Below, piece after piece: positions 1-9,798 of a DNA stretch of 64,000 nt. Made by a program: the position numbers and the translations under genes. The notes beneath the pieces were generated by a model, which was given only the letters and a program-made list of their open reading frames with translations, did not search any database and was not told the DNA's origin. Source of the DNA: an uncultured Bacilli bacterium (GTDB lineage: Bacteria; Bacillota_I; Bacilli_A; RFN20; CAG-826); the NCBI GenBank assembly GCA_944375905.1, contig CALWAS010000009.1:64078-128077 (forward strand), given 5' to 3'. The number at the start of each line of letters is the position of its first letter. Position 1 is the first letter of the stretch.

Positions 1-328
1 AGCAATGGCCCAAGGTCGCGCCGAAAACCGAAAGCCAGCAGGCAAGTGCTCCGCCGTCGAATAGATTCCAGTCCTTGGCGATCGGCGTGCACTGGACGAT
101 TGTGTAGCAAATGTAGAAAGCGAGGACCGTCTTCAGTATGTCGACGACGATCACGATGACGCCACCGGCTTTGCCAAAGACGCGTCCCGCGTTAGTTCCC
201 CCGGCGTTGTGCGATCCATAGAGCCGTGGGTCTTTGTGGTAGACGAGCTTGCCCAAGACGACCGCGGTCGGGAAAGAACCAATGAGATAGCCGATGAACA
301 ATCCTAAGAAACAAGCCAGGAAATCCAT
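1..328 (-). CDS. plsY: Glycerol-3-phosphate acyltransferase PlsY, N-terminal part (gene runs off the window)
   Basis: Absent from the ORF track because the window edge truncates it. My translation from the ATG at 328..326 gives MDFLACFLGLFIGYLIGSFPTAVVLGKLVYHKDPRLYGSHNAGGTNAGRVFGKAGG.... This is a hydrophobic PlsY-type N-terminus with the G-S-x-N-x-G-x-T-N motif. It is divergent from parE, as in the Bacillus plsY-parEC neighbourhood. Confidence 0.8.
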   Translation of the reverse strand, partial: MDFLACFLGLFIGYLIGSFPTAVVLGKLVYHKDPRLYGSHNAGGTNAGRVFGKAGGVIVIVVDILKTVLAFYICYTIVQCTPIAKDWNLFDGGALACWLSVFGATLGHC

Positions 329-431
329 ACGAGAGGCCTCCGCTCAAAAGCGCCATATTATGCCCGTCCTCACTATGCTTTTCAACGCGCTTCTCATATA
401 ATGAGGCCAGCGGATTTTTTCTTAATTTCAT

Positions 432-2390
432 ATGACAGACTTCGAAAAGGCGGAAGCGGGTTACACGGCTCGCGACATAGAGCTCCTAAGTGAGCTCGAG
501 GGCGTAAGAAAGCGCCCTGGGATGTACATCGGGAACACGAACTTGTCGGGCCTTCACCATCTCGTTTGGGAGATCGTCGACAACGCTGTCGACGAAGCGG
601 TGAACGGCTATGGCAAGAAGATCGAGGTCACCCTCTACAAGGACGGGTCGGTTGAAGTCAAGGACGAGGGCCGGGGCCTGCCGGTCGACATGCACGCTTC
701 TGGCGTTCCGGCCGTTCAATTGATCTTCACGACCCTACATTCCGGAGGAAAGTTCAATTCGCGCGTTTATTCGACCAGCGCTGGCCTTCATGGCGTCGGC
801 GCTACCGTTACGAACGCGCTTAGCGAGTGGCTCCTTGTAACCGTCTACCGCGCCGGCAAGGTGTACAAGATGCGCTTCAAGGACGGCGGCTCGATCGACG
901 TCCCCTTCCATGTCGATGGCGAATGCCCGAACAGCTGGCACGGGACGACCGTCCGCTTCAAGCCGGATCCGAAGATTTTCCCGAACACCAAGTTCAACTA
1001 CGACACCATCCGCGATCGCCTCGAGGAAAAGAGCTATCTACTTACCGGAGTCCGCTTTGTCCTGAAGGACCAGGTCAGCGGGCAGAATCAGGAATTCTAT
1101 TGCGAGAACGGCCTCCGCGAATATTGCGACAAGCTGACGTCTGGCAAAAACTGCCTCGGCGATACCATCGATTTTTCTGATAAGTCGAACGGGATCCAGG
1201 TGGAAGTGGCGCTCCGCTGGGTGCTAAGCGACTATGGCGAGAATATCCTCAGCTACGCCAACGACGTCAGAACGGCCGACGGCGGAACCCACGAGCAAGG
1301 CTTCAAGAGCGCCCTTACCAAGACCGTAAATGACTTTGCCTTGGCCAACGGCCTCATCAGGGCCAACCAGTCCATCGACGGAGTCGATCTCCGGGAGGGG
1401 CTGACCGCCATCATCTCGGTCAAGATCCCCGAGGACAAGCTCCAGTACGAAGGCCAGACCAAGGGAAAGCTCGGCTCGCCCGACGCGCTTCCGGCGGTTC
1501 AAAGCCTCGTCTCGACCCGTTTCAACTACTACCTCAACGAGCACAACGCCTTTGCGGTGGACCTCATCAAGAAGGTCGAGGCCGCCCGCCAGGCCCGCGA
1601 GGCGGCAAGGAAGGCCCGCGAGCAGGCCCGGAGCAGCCGGAAGAAGGGACCCGAGATGATCCTTTCTGACAAGCTGGCCCCGGCTCAGAGCAAGGAATAC
1701 CGTCTCAACGAGCTTTTCATCGTCGAGGGCGATTCGGCCGGCGGAAGCGCCAAGAAGGGAAGGGATCGGCTCCATCAAGCCATCCTTCCGCTCCGCGGGA
1801 AGCCGCTCAATACCGACAGCGTCTCGATGGACCGCATCATCGACAACGTCGAGCTCGCGACCATCATCCAGACCATCGGGGCCGGCGTGGGAAGCGACTT
1901 CAACGTCGATGCGAGCCATTATGGCAAGATCATCATCATGACCGATGCCGATACCGACGGGGCCCACATCCAGACCCTGCTTCTTACCTTCTTCTACAAT
2001 TACATGAAGCCGCTCATCGACCGCGGCATGGTCTATATCGCCCTTCCGCCCCTCTACCGGGTCTACAAGAAGAGCGATCCGAGGAAACACGTCTATTGCT
2101 GGACCGACGCCGACCGCGAGGCGGCTAAGGAAAAGCTTGGGGCCGGCTGCGGCGTCAACCGTTACAAGGGACTTGGCGAAATGAACCCCGATCAGCTTGA
2201 ATCGACCACCATGAACAAGGGAACGAGGCGTCTGCTTCGAGTCACGATCGATGACCCCATTACCGTTGAGAAACGGATTTCGGTCCTGATGGGAAAAGAC
2301 GCCGGCGTCCGTTGGGATTGGATCAAGGAGAACGTCACCTTCAACGAGGAGGATTCCTTCCTTGAGGAAGTGAGGGGCGAACAGCAATGA
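432..2390 (+). CDS. parE: DNA topoisomerase IV subunit B (type IIA topoisomerase ATPase subunit)
   Basis: 652 aa. Motifs: [29 protein letters not shown], the Toprim motif [15 protein letters not shown], and PLRGKPLN. Called ParE rather than GyrB from the plsY-parE-parC synteny and the ParC-type partner. Its stop overlaps the parC start (ATGA). Confidence 0.85.
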   Translation: MTDFEKAEAGYTARDIELLSELEGVRKRPGMYIGNTNLSGLHHLVWEIVDNAVDEAVNGYGKKIEVTLYKDGSVEVKDEGRGLPVDMHASGVPAVQLIFTTLHSGGKFNSRVYSTSAGLHGVGATVTNALSEWLLVTVYRAGKVYKMRFKDGGSIDVPFHVDGECPNSWHGTTVRFKPDPKIFPNTKFNYDTIRDRLEEKSYLLTGVRFVLKDQVSGQNQEFYCENGLREYCDKLTSGKNCLGDTIDFSDKSNGIQVEVALRWVLSDYGENILSYANDVRTADGGTHEQGFKSALTKTVNDFALANGLIRANQSIDGVDLREGLTAIISVKIPEDKLQYEGQTKGKLGSPDALPAVQSLVSTRFNYYLNEHNAFAVDLIKKVEAARQAREAARKAREQARSSRKKGPEMILSDKLAPAQSKEYRLNELFIVEGDSAGGSAKKGRDRLHQAILPLRGKPLNTDSVSMDRIIDNVELATIIQTIGAGVGSDFNVDASHYGKIIIMTDADTDGAHIQTLLLTFFYNYMKPLIDRGMVYIALPPLYRVYKKSDPRKHVYCWTDADREAAKEKLGAGCGVNRYKGLGEMNPDQLESTTMNKGTRRLLRVTIDDPITVEKRISVLMGKDAGVRWDWIKENVTFNEEDSFLEEVRGEQQ

Positions 2391-4990
2391 AGAAAAAGGA
2401 CAAGGCAAAGGAAATCCTGGAGAATATCGACCTTTCCCCGCTCGACGACCTCATGGGCGAGCGATTTGGCATCTATGCCAAGGAAGTAATCCAGGACCGG
2501 GCGATACCGGACGTGAGAGACGGACTCAAACCCGTACAGCGGCGAATTCTTTTCGACATGTACAAGACCGGGAACACGATCGATCGCCCGACCAAGAAGT
2601 GCGCCCACATCGTCGGCGATGTCATGGGCAAATACCACCCCCATGGCGACAGCTCGATCTACGAAGCGCTCGTCCACATGTCCCAAAGTTGGGCGATCAG
2701 GATGCCGCTCATCGATTTCCAAGGCAACAACGGATCGGTCGACGGGGATCCCGCGGCCGCCTACCGTTACACGGAAGCCCGGCTTTCGGCCATCGCCGGG
2801 GAGATGCTCCGCGACATCGACGAGGATACCGTCGACATGGAGCTCACCTTCGACGATACCCTCCTCGAGCCGACCGTCCTCCCATCGCGCTTCCCGAACC
2901 TCTTCGTGAACGGGTCGGAAGGCATCGCCGTCGGCATCGCGACGAGCGTGCCGCCCCATAACCTTGCCGAGATGTGCAAGGCCGTGTGCTACCGGATCGA
3001 CCATCCGGAGTGCTCGATCGATTCCCTCATCGACATCGTGAAGGCCCCGGATTTCCCAACCGGCGGCGAGATCGTCGAAAACGACGCCCTCAAGGACATT
3101 TACCGGACCGGGCGCGGCAAGTGCCTCGTCAAGAGCCGCTATGCGGTCGTGAAGGACGAGGACGGCTCGAGCCAGATCGTGATAAGCGAGATTCCCTATC
3201 AGGTGAACAAGGCCCAGCTCGTTAGGAGCATCGACAAATTGAGGATCGACCGGACCTTGCCTTCGATCGAGGAAATCAGGGACGAGTCGGACAAGGACGG
3301 ACTCCGCATCGTCATCGACGTGAAGCCCGGCACCAAGCCCGAGACGCTCATGAGCTACCTTATGGCCAAGACGCAACTGGCCAGCAACTACTCGGCCCAT
3401 ATCGTGGCCATCAGCGACGGCCGTCCGACCACGCTTAATCTTTCGGCTTATCTCGATGCCTATATCCAGCATCAGCTCGAGGTCATCGTCCGTCGTTCCC
3501 GTTCCCTCCTCGGCAAGAAGGAATCGCGCCTCGAGATCGTCGACGGGCTCATCAGGGCGGTCTCGATCCTCGACGAAGTCGTGAAGACGATCCGGGCCAG
3601 TCTCGACAAGGGCGATGCCAAGAAGAACCTCATCGCCAAGTTCGGCTTCACCGAGCCGCAAAGCGAGGCCATCGTGACGATGCCGCTTTATAAGCTCGCC
3701 CGGACCGACAACGATCTCTTGCTTAAGGAAAAGGGCGACCTCGAGGCTTCGATCAGCGAACTGCAAGCCCTATTGGCGGACCAAGGGAAGCGGGAGGCCC
3801 TCATCAAAAGCGACCTCCGCGAGATCGCAAAGAAATATCCCTCTCCGCGCCGCAGCCTCATCGTCGACGAGGCCCCGAGCTTCGGCAAGGAAGACAAGGA
3901 AGCCCTCATTCCCGACGAGAGCGTCCATCTCGTCCTTACGAGGGACGGATACTTCAAGCGCTCGAGCGACCGCTCGTTCAAGTCCAGCCACGGGCTCGAG
4001 GGAGCCAAGCCGGGAATCAAGGAAGGGGATGCCTTCGTCCTCATCGGCGGCTGCTCGACCCGGGATTACGTGCTGGCTTTCACGAGTCTTGGCAACTATC
4101 TCTACATCCCTGTCTACGAAATCAAGGAAAATCGCTGGAACCAGGAAGGGTTCCACGTATCGACGAGCGTGCCGATCGCCCCGGACGAGAAGATCGTCGC
4201 CGCCTTCGCGATAGCCAAGGAAGGCTTCCGCGAGGATTTATTCGCCGTGGCCGTCACCAAGAAGGGAATGATCAAGCGGGTCGCCCTTTCGTCCTTCCCG
4301 GCCGTGAGGCGCAACAAGGCCCTGTCCTTCATCAAGCTCATCAACGGTGACGAAGTGGTGGGGGCCGCCCTCACGAGCGGCGACTCCTCGCTCATCGTGG
4401 CCTCGAGCGACGGCCTTGCCGTCCGCTACAACGAGAATTCCCTCTATGTTACCAATCCGCGGACCGGCGGCATGAAGGCCGGTTCCTTCCGCGGCAGCGA
4501 GCTGAGGGCCGTCGTCGCCCTCGCCCCGAACGAAAAGCCGTCGAAGGCCCTTCTTCTCACCGATCGGGGGCATTTCCGCGTGCTTGACCTAAGCGCGATA
4601 CCCCTTGGCGAGCGTCTCGACAAGGCGACGGAGCTCTACCAGTGCTTCAAATCGGACCCGAACCAGCTCGTGATGCTCCGCAAGGCCCCGGCGAAGGAAC
4701 CGCCTTATTCGCTAGAGTGCGTCCTGAGCGACCTTTCGCGGATGGATGTCCCGGTCAATTCGCTTTCCCTCACCCCGAGGGACCTCCACGCGAAGAAGAG
4801 CGAATTCCTCCATGGAAAGCAGCGCATCCTCTACGTCGACAAGGAAGACATCGAGCGGGTCGACGGATCGACCCCTTCTTACCTCCCCGAGACGAAGGAG
4901 CCCAGCGGGGGCAACGGCCCGTCGGGCGGCGAATTCGACATCGGCGGCTTCGAGCAGATTTCCCTTCTCGACGACGTCGGAGGAGAATGA
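2387..4990 (+). CDS. parC: DNA topoisomerase IV subunit A
   Basis: 867 aa. Motifs: [23 protein letters not shown], and the catalytic region [10 protein letters not shown]. It has FQGNNGS (ParC-like NNGS rather than GyrA-like GNFGS). I saw no GyrA-box (QRRGGKG). Confidence 0.85.
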   Translation: MKKKDKAKEILENIDLSPLDDLMGERFGIYAKEVIQDRAIPDVRDGLKPVQRRILFDMYKTGNTIDRPTKKCAHIVGDVMGKYHPHGDSSIYEALVHMSQSWAIRMPLIDFQGNNGSVDGDPAAAYRYTEARLSAIAGEMLRDIDEDTVDMELTFDDTLLEPTVLPSRFPNLFVNGSEGIAVGIATSVPPHNLAEMCKAVCYRIDHPECSIDSLIDIVKAPDFPTGGEIVENDALKDIYRTGRGKCLVKSRYAVVKDEDGSSQIVISEIPYQVNKAQLVRSIDKLRIDRTLPSIEEIRDESDKDGLRIVIDVKPGTKPETLMSYLMAKTQLASNYSAHIVAISDGRPTTLNLSAYLDAYIQHQLEVIVRRSRSLLGKKESRLEIVDGLIRAVSILDEVVKTIRASLDKGDAKKNLIAKFGFTEPQSEAIVTMPLYKLARTDNDLLLKEKGDLEASISELQALLADQGKREALIKSDLREIAKKYPSPRRSLIVDEAPSFGKEDKEALIPDESVHLVLTRDGYFKRSSDRSFKSSHGLEGAKPGIKEGDAFVLIGGCSTRDYVLAFTSLGNYLYIPVYEIKENRWNQEGFHVSTSVPIAPDEKIVAAFAIAKEGFREDLFAVAVTKKGMIKRVALSSFPAVRRNKALSFIKLINGDEVVGAALTSGDSSLIVASSDGLAVRYNENSLYVTNPRTGGMKAGSFRGSELRAVVALAPNEKPSKALLLTDRGHFRVLDLSAIPLGERLDKATELYQCFKSDPNQLVMLRKAPAKEPPYSLECVLSDLSRMDVPVNSLSLTPRDLHAKKSEFLHGKQRILYVDKEDIERVDGSTPSYLPETKEPSGGNGPSGGEFDIGGFEQISLLDDVGGE

Positions 4991-4991
4991 G

Positions 4992-5516
4992 ATGAACCGC
5001 TTTCTCATCCCGACATACGTCGCCCCTTCGCTATTCAGCATTCCCTTTTCCTTCTATAAGGCGGTCGGGGTCTCTTCCCTTATCCTCGATCTCGACAACA
5101 CCTTGGCCTCGCACCGGGAAAAGATGCCCGACGAGCGGGCGCTCTCCTGGGCGAAGGCAGCCCGCGAGGCCGGCTTCTCCCTCTATATCGTCTCCAACAA
5201 TTCCAAAAAGAGGGTCCTTCCCTACGCAAAGGCCCTCGGGGCCGAGGGAATTTGCCTCGCCTTCAAGCCGCTTCCCTTCCGCCTTCTCTCCTTCATCAAG
5301 AAGAAGGGGATCGAGAAGGAAGAGGCCATTCTCCTCGGGGACCAGATCTATACCGACGTGCTGGCGGCCAACCGGGCCGGGCTGAGGAGCGTTCTGCTTG
5401 CCCCTCTCGTCGAGGACGATCCGGTCTGGACTCTCCTCAATCGGCGGCGGGAGGCTTCCCGCCGGGCCGAAATCTATGCCAAATCTCTATCGACGCCCAT
5501 AAAGGAGGAAAGCTAG
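4992..5516 (+). CDS. yqeG: YqeG-family HAD-IIIA phosphatase
   Basis: The track ORF 4746..5516 overlaps the parC 3' end, so I take the internal ATG at 4992 (MNRFLIPTYV...). It has the HAD motif I LILDLDNTL and a later GDQIYTDVLAANRAG. The position ahead of yqeH matches the yqeG-yqeH-nadD-yqeK-rsfS cluster of Bacilli. Confidence 0.75.
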   Translation: MNRFLIPTYVAPSLFSIPFSFYKAVGVSSLILDLDNTLASHREKMPDERALSWAKAAREAGFSLYIVSNNSKKRVLPYAKALGAEGICLAFKPLPFRLLSFIKKKGIEKEEAILLGDQIYTDVLAANRAGLRSVLLAPLVEDDPVWTLLNRRREASRRAEIYAKSLSTPIKEES

Positions 5517-6680
5517 ATGGAAGTGAAAGTCGTAAGGCGCTGCCTCAGTTGCGGCGCCCCGCTCCAGAGCGAGGAACCCGAAAAGCCAGGCTATATCGAC
5601 AAAGACGTCTATTCGAGGCGGGGGCCCGACGACGTCGTCTATTGCAACGAGTGCTACGAGAAGCTGCGCTTTTCCTCTTCGCCAGCCCTCGTCAAGACGA
5701 CCGACCCCGATTTCCTCACGATGCTCAAGGATGCCCGGGCGAGCGATTCGCTCATCGTCTACGTGATCGATCTCTTTTCCTTCGAATGCTCGTTCGTCGA
5801 GGAGGTCACTTCCCTCATCAGGGGGCTTCCGATCCTCGTCATCGCCAATAAGCGCGACCTTCTTCCGAGGGATGCCGACGACCGGGCCATCGCCTCTTAC
5901 GTGGCGAGCCGCTTCAAGAAGGAGGGGCTTGCGGTCAACGACGAGGATGTCGTCCTGACCTCCCTTTCGACTTTCAGCGACGTCTCGGAGGCAATGGGCC
6001 TACTCGAGAAGAAGCGCCGGCGCCACGATGCCTATCTCATCGGGGCGAAACTCAGCGGAAAGTCGCTTTTCGTTTCCTCTTTCATCCGCCTTTACAGCAA
6101 TCCTTCGAAGAAGGCCATCTCAGTGAGCGAGTACCCGGGAACCGATCTCCCGGTCATGGCGATTCCCCTCGATTCGTCGAGCTGCCTTTACGACACCCCG
6201 GGGACGGGGATCGAGAACAGCTACGTTTCCCAGCTCGAGCCGGCTTCGCTCTCCCTCGTCGTTCCCTTTGCCCCGATCAAAGCAAGGAAGGGCGAGACAA
6301 AAGCCGGCGACGTCATAATGCTTGGCGGATTGGCCTTTCTCGAGACGATGGAAGGGGAAGCTTCCTACGAAGCCTATTTCGCCCCGAAGCTCGTCGTTAA
6401 GAAAGACGGCAGGAAAAAAGGCGGCTTCGATATCGACTACCTCCTCCGGAAGGCCGCCCCGGCCCCGCGCTCGACCCTTCTAAGCGAAGGGAAGGACTTC
6501 GATGCCTTCGAGCTTTCCTTTGCCAAGGAAAAGCACGTCGACCTCGGCATTGCCGGGCTTGGATGGTGGCATCTCTCCTTCAAGGGCCCGACTTCCTTCC
6601 GCCTTTACCTCAAGAAGGGCGTCGGCATCTACGTAAGCGATCTCCCGAAGGTTGCTTCGGGCAAGAAGGAAAAAGCATGA
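5517..6680 (+). CDS. yqeH: Ribosome-biogenesis GTPase YqeH (circularly permuted GTPase)
   Basis: 387 aa. N-terminal zinc ribbon CLSCGAPL...CNECY. The G motifs occur in the permuted order G4 NKRDLL, then G1 GAKLSGKS, then G3 DTPG. Synteny supports the call. Confidence 0.8.
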   Translation: MEVKVVRRCLSCGAPLQSEEPEKPGYIDKDVYSRRGPDDVVYCNECYEKLRFSSSPALVKTTDPDFLTMLKDARASDSLIVYVIDLFSFECSFVEEVTSLIRGLPILVIANKRDLLPRDADDRAIASYVASRFKKEGLAVNDEDVVLTSLSTFSDVSEAMGLLEKKRRRHDAYLIGAKLSGKSLFVSSFIRLYSNPSKKAISVSEYPGTDLPVMAIPLDSSSCLYDTPGTGIENSYVSQLEPASLSLVVPFAPIKARKGETKAGDVIMLGGLAFLETMEGEASYEAYFAPKLVVKKDGRKKGGFDIDYLLRKAAPAPRSTLLSEGKDFDAFELSFAKEKHVDLGIAGLGWWHLSFKGPTSFRLYLKKGVGIYVSDLPKVASGKKEKA

Positions 6681-7798
6681 GCGAGTTCGATCCCCTCGTC
6701 ATCTACGGCGGCAGCTTCGACCCGATCCACAATGGGCATCTCCGCATTGCCCGCCGGGCCCGCGACGCCTTCCGGGCCGACGTCGTTTTCGTTCCGGCCT
6801 ACCGTCCCAGATGGAAGAGCCCGGCCGCCGGCTTCGAAGATCGGGTCGAGATGATCCGCCGGGCCCTCAAAAGCGAGGGAAACCCGTCCTTTTCCCTTTC
6901 CCTCATCGAAAGCGAGCGGCCGAACGAGGTCTCCTATACGGTCGATACTCTCCTTGAGATGAAGAAGCGCTATCCGCGCCGCGAGCTCATCCTCCTCATC
7001 GGGAGCGACGAGGCGAATTCCTTCCCGCGGTGGAAGGACAGCGAGAAGATCGTCCGCCTCGCCAAGGTCGTCTACGTTCCCAGGGAAGGGGTGGAAGTCG
7101 ATCCCGAGGTCGTTTCCCATTACGAAATCGAAAGGCTCGACGGGGCGAATCCGGGACCTGTGTCCTCATCGAAGCTGAGGGGGCTTTCCCTTCTCGATTG
7201 CCCGGCTTCGGTCATCGACTACATCGTCGACGGGAAACTCTACTTCATGGCCGATCTAGAATCGCTTCTCAGCGAGCGGCGGCTTGCCCATAGCATCTCC
7301 GTCGCCTCCCTTGCCTACTCGATTGCCCTCCATAACAAGCTCGAGCATCCCGAACGGGCCTATCAGGCCGGTCTCCTCCATGACGTCGGGAAGAATGCGG
7401 GGGAGGTCACCTCGCGCGACATCGTCATGGGAAATTACCCCGAATACAAAGACTATCCTTCTTATGCCCTCCATCAGTGGGTGGGGGCCGTCTACGCGCG
7501 GGAGAAGTTCCATGTCGAGGACCAAGGCGTCGTCGACGCGATTGCCTGCCATTGCACGGGCAAGCCCCACATGACGAGCCTTGCGAAGATCGTCTACGCC
7601 GCCGACAAGATCGAGCCCGGGCGGGGCTACGACTCGAGACGGCTCATCCGGGCGTGCCTCCGCGATTACTACAAAGGGTTCCTCGCGGTGCTTAGGGAGA
7701 ACCGGGAATTTCTTTCCGCCCATTCCCTCGGCGCCGAGAACCCGCTGACCGAAGCCTGCTTCGAGCTATACTTAGGAAAGGAAAAGAAAGAGAAATGA
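6677..7798 (+). CDS. nadD: Fusion protein: nicotinate-nucleotide adenylyltransferase NadD plus HD-domain YqeK (Ap4A hydrolase family)
   Basis: I place the start at ATG 6677, which overlaps the yqeH stop (ATGA). N-terminal half: YGGSFDPIHNGHL and VSSSKLR (NadD motifs). C-terminal half: RLAHSISVA...AGLLHDVGK...KIVYAADKIEPGR (YqeK HD domain). One continuous 373-aa frame. Confidence 0.85.
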   Translation: MSEFDPLVIYGGSFDPIHNGHLRIARRARDAFRADVVFVPAYRPRWKSPAAGFEDRVEMIRRALKSEGNPSFSLSLIESERPNEVSYTVDTLLEMKKRYPRRELILLIGSDEANSFPRWKDSEKIVRLAKVVYVPREGVEVDPEVVSHYEIERLDGANPGPVSSSKLRGLSLLDCPASVIDYIVDGKLYFMADLESLLSERRLAHSISVASLAYSIALHNKLEHPERAYQAGLLHDVGKNAGEVTSRDIVMGNYPEYKDYPSYALHQWVGAVYAREKFHVEDQGVVDAIACHCTGKPHMTSLAKIVYAADKIEPGRGYDSRRLIRACLRDYYKGFLAVLRENREFLSAHSLGAENPLTEACFELYLGKEKKEK

Positions 7799-8130
7799 AG
7801 AAAGAAACGGTGGACATCATCAAGGATGCCTTAAACGAGCACAAGGCCGAGAACATCGTCATCGAAAACGTCGAGGACCGGACGCCTTTCGACGACTATT
7901 ACCTTTTGGCGACGGCCAATAACGAGCGTCAGCTCGGGGCCCTCGTCGAGATTCTCGAGGACGAGCTCGAGAAAGAAGGACTCACGATCGAGCGGCGGGA
8001 AGGAGAAGCCGCGAGCGGGTGGATCGCCCTCGAAAGCGACCGGGTCCTGGTCCATCTTTTCCTCGCCGCCAAGCGTGAAGAGGTAGGGCTCGACGATCTC
8101 CTGGCGAGGGAAGCGCTCCGCCGTGCCTAA
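7795..8130 (+). CDS. rsfS: Ribosomal silencing factor RsfS (Iojap family)
   Basis: 111 aa. Contains FDDYYLLATANNERQLGALVE and WIALESDRVLVHLF, typical of RsfS/YqeL. It is the last gene of the yqe cluster, and its start overlaps the nadD-yqeK stop. Confidence 0.85.
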   Translation: MKKETVDIIKDALNEHKAENIVIENVEDRTPFDDYYLLATANNERQLGALVEILEDELEKEGLTIERREGEAASGWIALESDRVLVHLFLAAKREEVGLDDLLAREALRRA

Positions 8131-8150
8131 GGAAAAGCAATGGCGAGCAA

Positions 8151-8173
8151 AAGGGACGGAGACGCCCCTTTTT
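8151..8173 (+). terminator. Rho-independent terminator after rsfS
   Basis: AAGGGACG-GAGA-CGCCCCTT hairpin with one mismatch, followed by TTT. It lies 20 nt after the rsfS stop. Confidence 0.6.
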
Positions 8174-8186
8174 AAGGAAACATATT

Positions 8187-8214
8187 ACTTCGCATAATAT
8201 ATATTATGTTAATT
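8187..8214. other. dif: dif chromosome-dimer resolution site (XerC/XerD-type, 11+6+11 bp)
   Basis: ACTTCGCATAA TATATA TTATGTTAATT. From memory, it is 23/28 identical to B. subtilis dif (ACTTCCTAGAATATATATTATGTAAACT) and 23/28 to E. coli dif (GGTGCGCATAATGTATATTATGTTAAAT). It lies exactly where gene orientation switches from + to -. Confidence 0.75.
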
Positions 8215-8707
8215 TAAATTTGAATTACCCGGTTAAATACTTATAAATACAAATAAGGATTTACGTATCGACTTTATTGGTTATTCACCGAAACGAACGA
8301 TTATCCACCGGTTTCAAGAACTACTAATTATCTACTAGTAGTCTTTTTTCTCGGATTAAGGATTTTGTCCCATTGCTAAATCATCTTCAGATTATTGATT
8401 CAAAGAGGACCTAGGCAAGTTCTTCCTTTTTCGCGATCCGACATTCGATCTAGCCTCCAGTCCCGCTTCGAAGGCCAGAATTTTCGATTCCGCTTCGATT
8501 TGGCTCTTTGGTCCTTTGCCGCGTAAGACATCTTTCTTCCCAACGAAAATTTCTTTTCTCCTCTTTTCCTTATATATAGAGAAGGAAAATTCGTCAACGA
8601 ATGCTAGCTAGCGGCTTTATAGTCTTCAAGATTTTAATTAAACGGCGATGGAAAACGGCTTTGCCCATTTGGCTTTGACCCTTTGATCATCTCGGCCTTG
8701 GGCTTAA

Positions 8708-9616
8708 TCAATCCCGCCTTGCCGCTCCGCCCCCTTTTTTATCCGATGACTCGGCCCGGCCGTTCCCGCTTTCCAGCTTGGAGGCCGCCTTCCCTATGAG
8801 GAAAGCCGCGGCGTCGAAGAAGGCGCTCACGATGACCGAGAGAAGCGAATAGGCAATGAGATCGTCCATCGCGGCATATTGCTGGGCGAGGACGATGAGC
8901 GAGCCGATTCCGGGGTTCACGTTGGAGAAGTTCGTGAGGACTTCGCTCATGATCGTTACTTTGATCGATAGGCCGAGGGAGGCGGCCACCGCCGTGAGGA
9001 TATAGCCGGTCGCGGCCGGGAGTTCGACTTGGAAGAGACCTTGGAAAGAATGCGTTCCGGCATCGAGGGAAAGCGCCTCCCTTTCGTCCGGGCTCGGGCC
9101 GTTCCTCAAGCCGTTTCGGAATCCTTCGTAGAGGATCGGCTCGGCGACCAGAAAGGAAAGGATGGCCGGGACGAGATTCATCATCGTCGCGTCGCGCGAG
9201 AAGACGACGATGAGGATGAGGGAGACGGCCGCGGTCGGGAACACCTTGGCCAATTTGTTCCACGGGGCGACGATGGAATCGAAAAAAGGCCACTCATGGC
9301 CGATGGAGCCCAAAAGGAAGGCAATGAGGAAAGCGGAAAGGAATCCCCCGAGGGACCGGGCCAAGGTAAAGCCGATGGCCGCGTAGGTCTTCCCCGCTGC
9401 CGCCCCGAAGAGCGCCTCGAGAAGGGAAAGAAGCACCGCGTAGGGAGAAGGAAGGACATAGTTCTTCGCGTTCTCGAGGGAGGCGGAGACGATCCACCAG
9501 ACGGCGACGACGAGCAAAATGCCGATCGTTCCGCCGATGATGGCCTTTGTTCTTTTGCTCAGTCCTTTGCTTTTTCCTTGCACGGCTGAATTATACACGC
9601 GCGGGAAGGAAGACAC
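8708..9616 (-). CDS. ABC transporter permease, NitT/TauT (binding-protein-dependent) family
   Basis: 302 aa. About 6 hydrophobic segments and an EAA-like loop (EREALSLDAGTHSFQGLFQVELP). No ATPase gene is adjacent. The start is uncertain: an extended -10-like TGTATAAT lies inside the first codons. Confidence 0.7.
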   Translation of the reverse strand: MSSFPRVYNSAVQGKSKGLSKRTKAIIGGTIGILLVVAVWWIVSASLENAKNYVLPSPYAVLLSLLEALFGAAAGKTYAAIGFTLARSLGGFLSAFLIAFLLGSIGHEWPFFDSIVAPWNKLAKVFPTAAVSLILIVVFSRDATMMNLVPAILSFLVAEPILYEGFRNGLRNGPSPDEREALSLDAGTHSFQGLFQVELPAATGYILTAVAASLGLSIKVTIMSEVLTNFSNVNPGIGSLIVLAQQYAAMDDLIAYSLLSVIVSAFFDAAAFLIGKAASKLESGNGRAESSDKKGGGAARRD

Positions 9617-9630
9617 CCGGAAGGCGAATA

Positions 9631-9660
9631 AGGAAAAGGGAAGCGGGTCCGCCGCTTCCC
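9631..9660 (-). terminator. Rho-independent terminator downstream of the lipoprotein pair
   Basis: GGGAAGCGG / CCGCTTCCC 9-bp perfect stem with a 5-nt loop, followed on the - strand by TTTTCC. Confidence 0.7.
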
Positions 9661-9798
9661 CTTCGACCGATTATTGTTCACTCGTCCCAAAACAGGTAGC
9701 CGGTCGTGGCCGCGATGCGGTATGGCGCCTCCAAGGTGACGTAGCTTATCGGGTTTTTGTTCCCGTCGCTTATCACGTCGTCGACCAGATGCGCGCTT

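Noticed and set aside
192-431. 79-aa - strand ORF spanning the plsY-parE divergent region.
   Set aside because: It is out of frame with the recognisable plsY reading frame (ATG at 328) and runs through the promoter region. Its composition is not protein-like.
1224-3766. Long - strand ORFs (394 aa and 524 aa) opposite parE and parC. The same pattern occurs at 11626..12660(+), 24067..25299(+), 25411..26721(+), 31321..32277(+), 34427..35488(+), 40255..41925(+), 42309..43409(+), 47235..49163(+), 55554..57068(+) and 60779..62017(+).
   Set aside because: Each lies antisense to a gene with unmistakable conserved motifs. Their translations are Arg/Gly/Ala/Val/Asp/Glu/Pro-rich low-complexity strings with no motifs. 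Long stop-free antisense frames are expected at this G+C content.
432-4990. Alternative call of the two topoisomerase genes as gyrB/gyrA.
   Set aside because: Subunit A has the ParC-type NNGS motif rather than the GyrA GNFGS motif. I saw no GyrA-box. The genes sit next to plsY, as parEC do in Bacilli. The distinction still deserves a phylogenetic check.
8400-8597. 65-aa - strand ORF inside the AT-rich tract.
   Set aside because: It is extremely basic (Lys/Arg-rich), has no RBS and no motif, and lies downstream of the permease stop in another frame. It is probably chance. The tract is reported as a finding instead.
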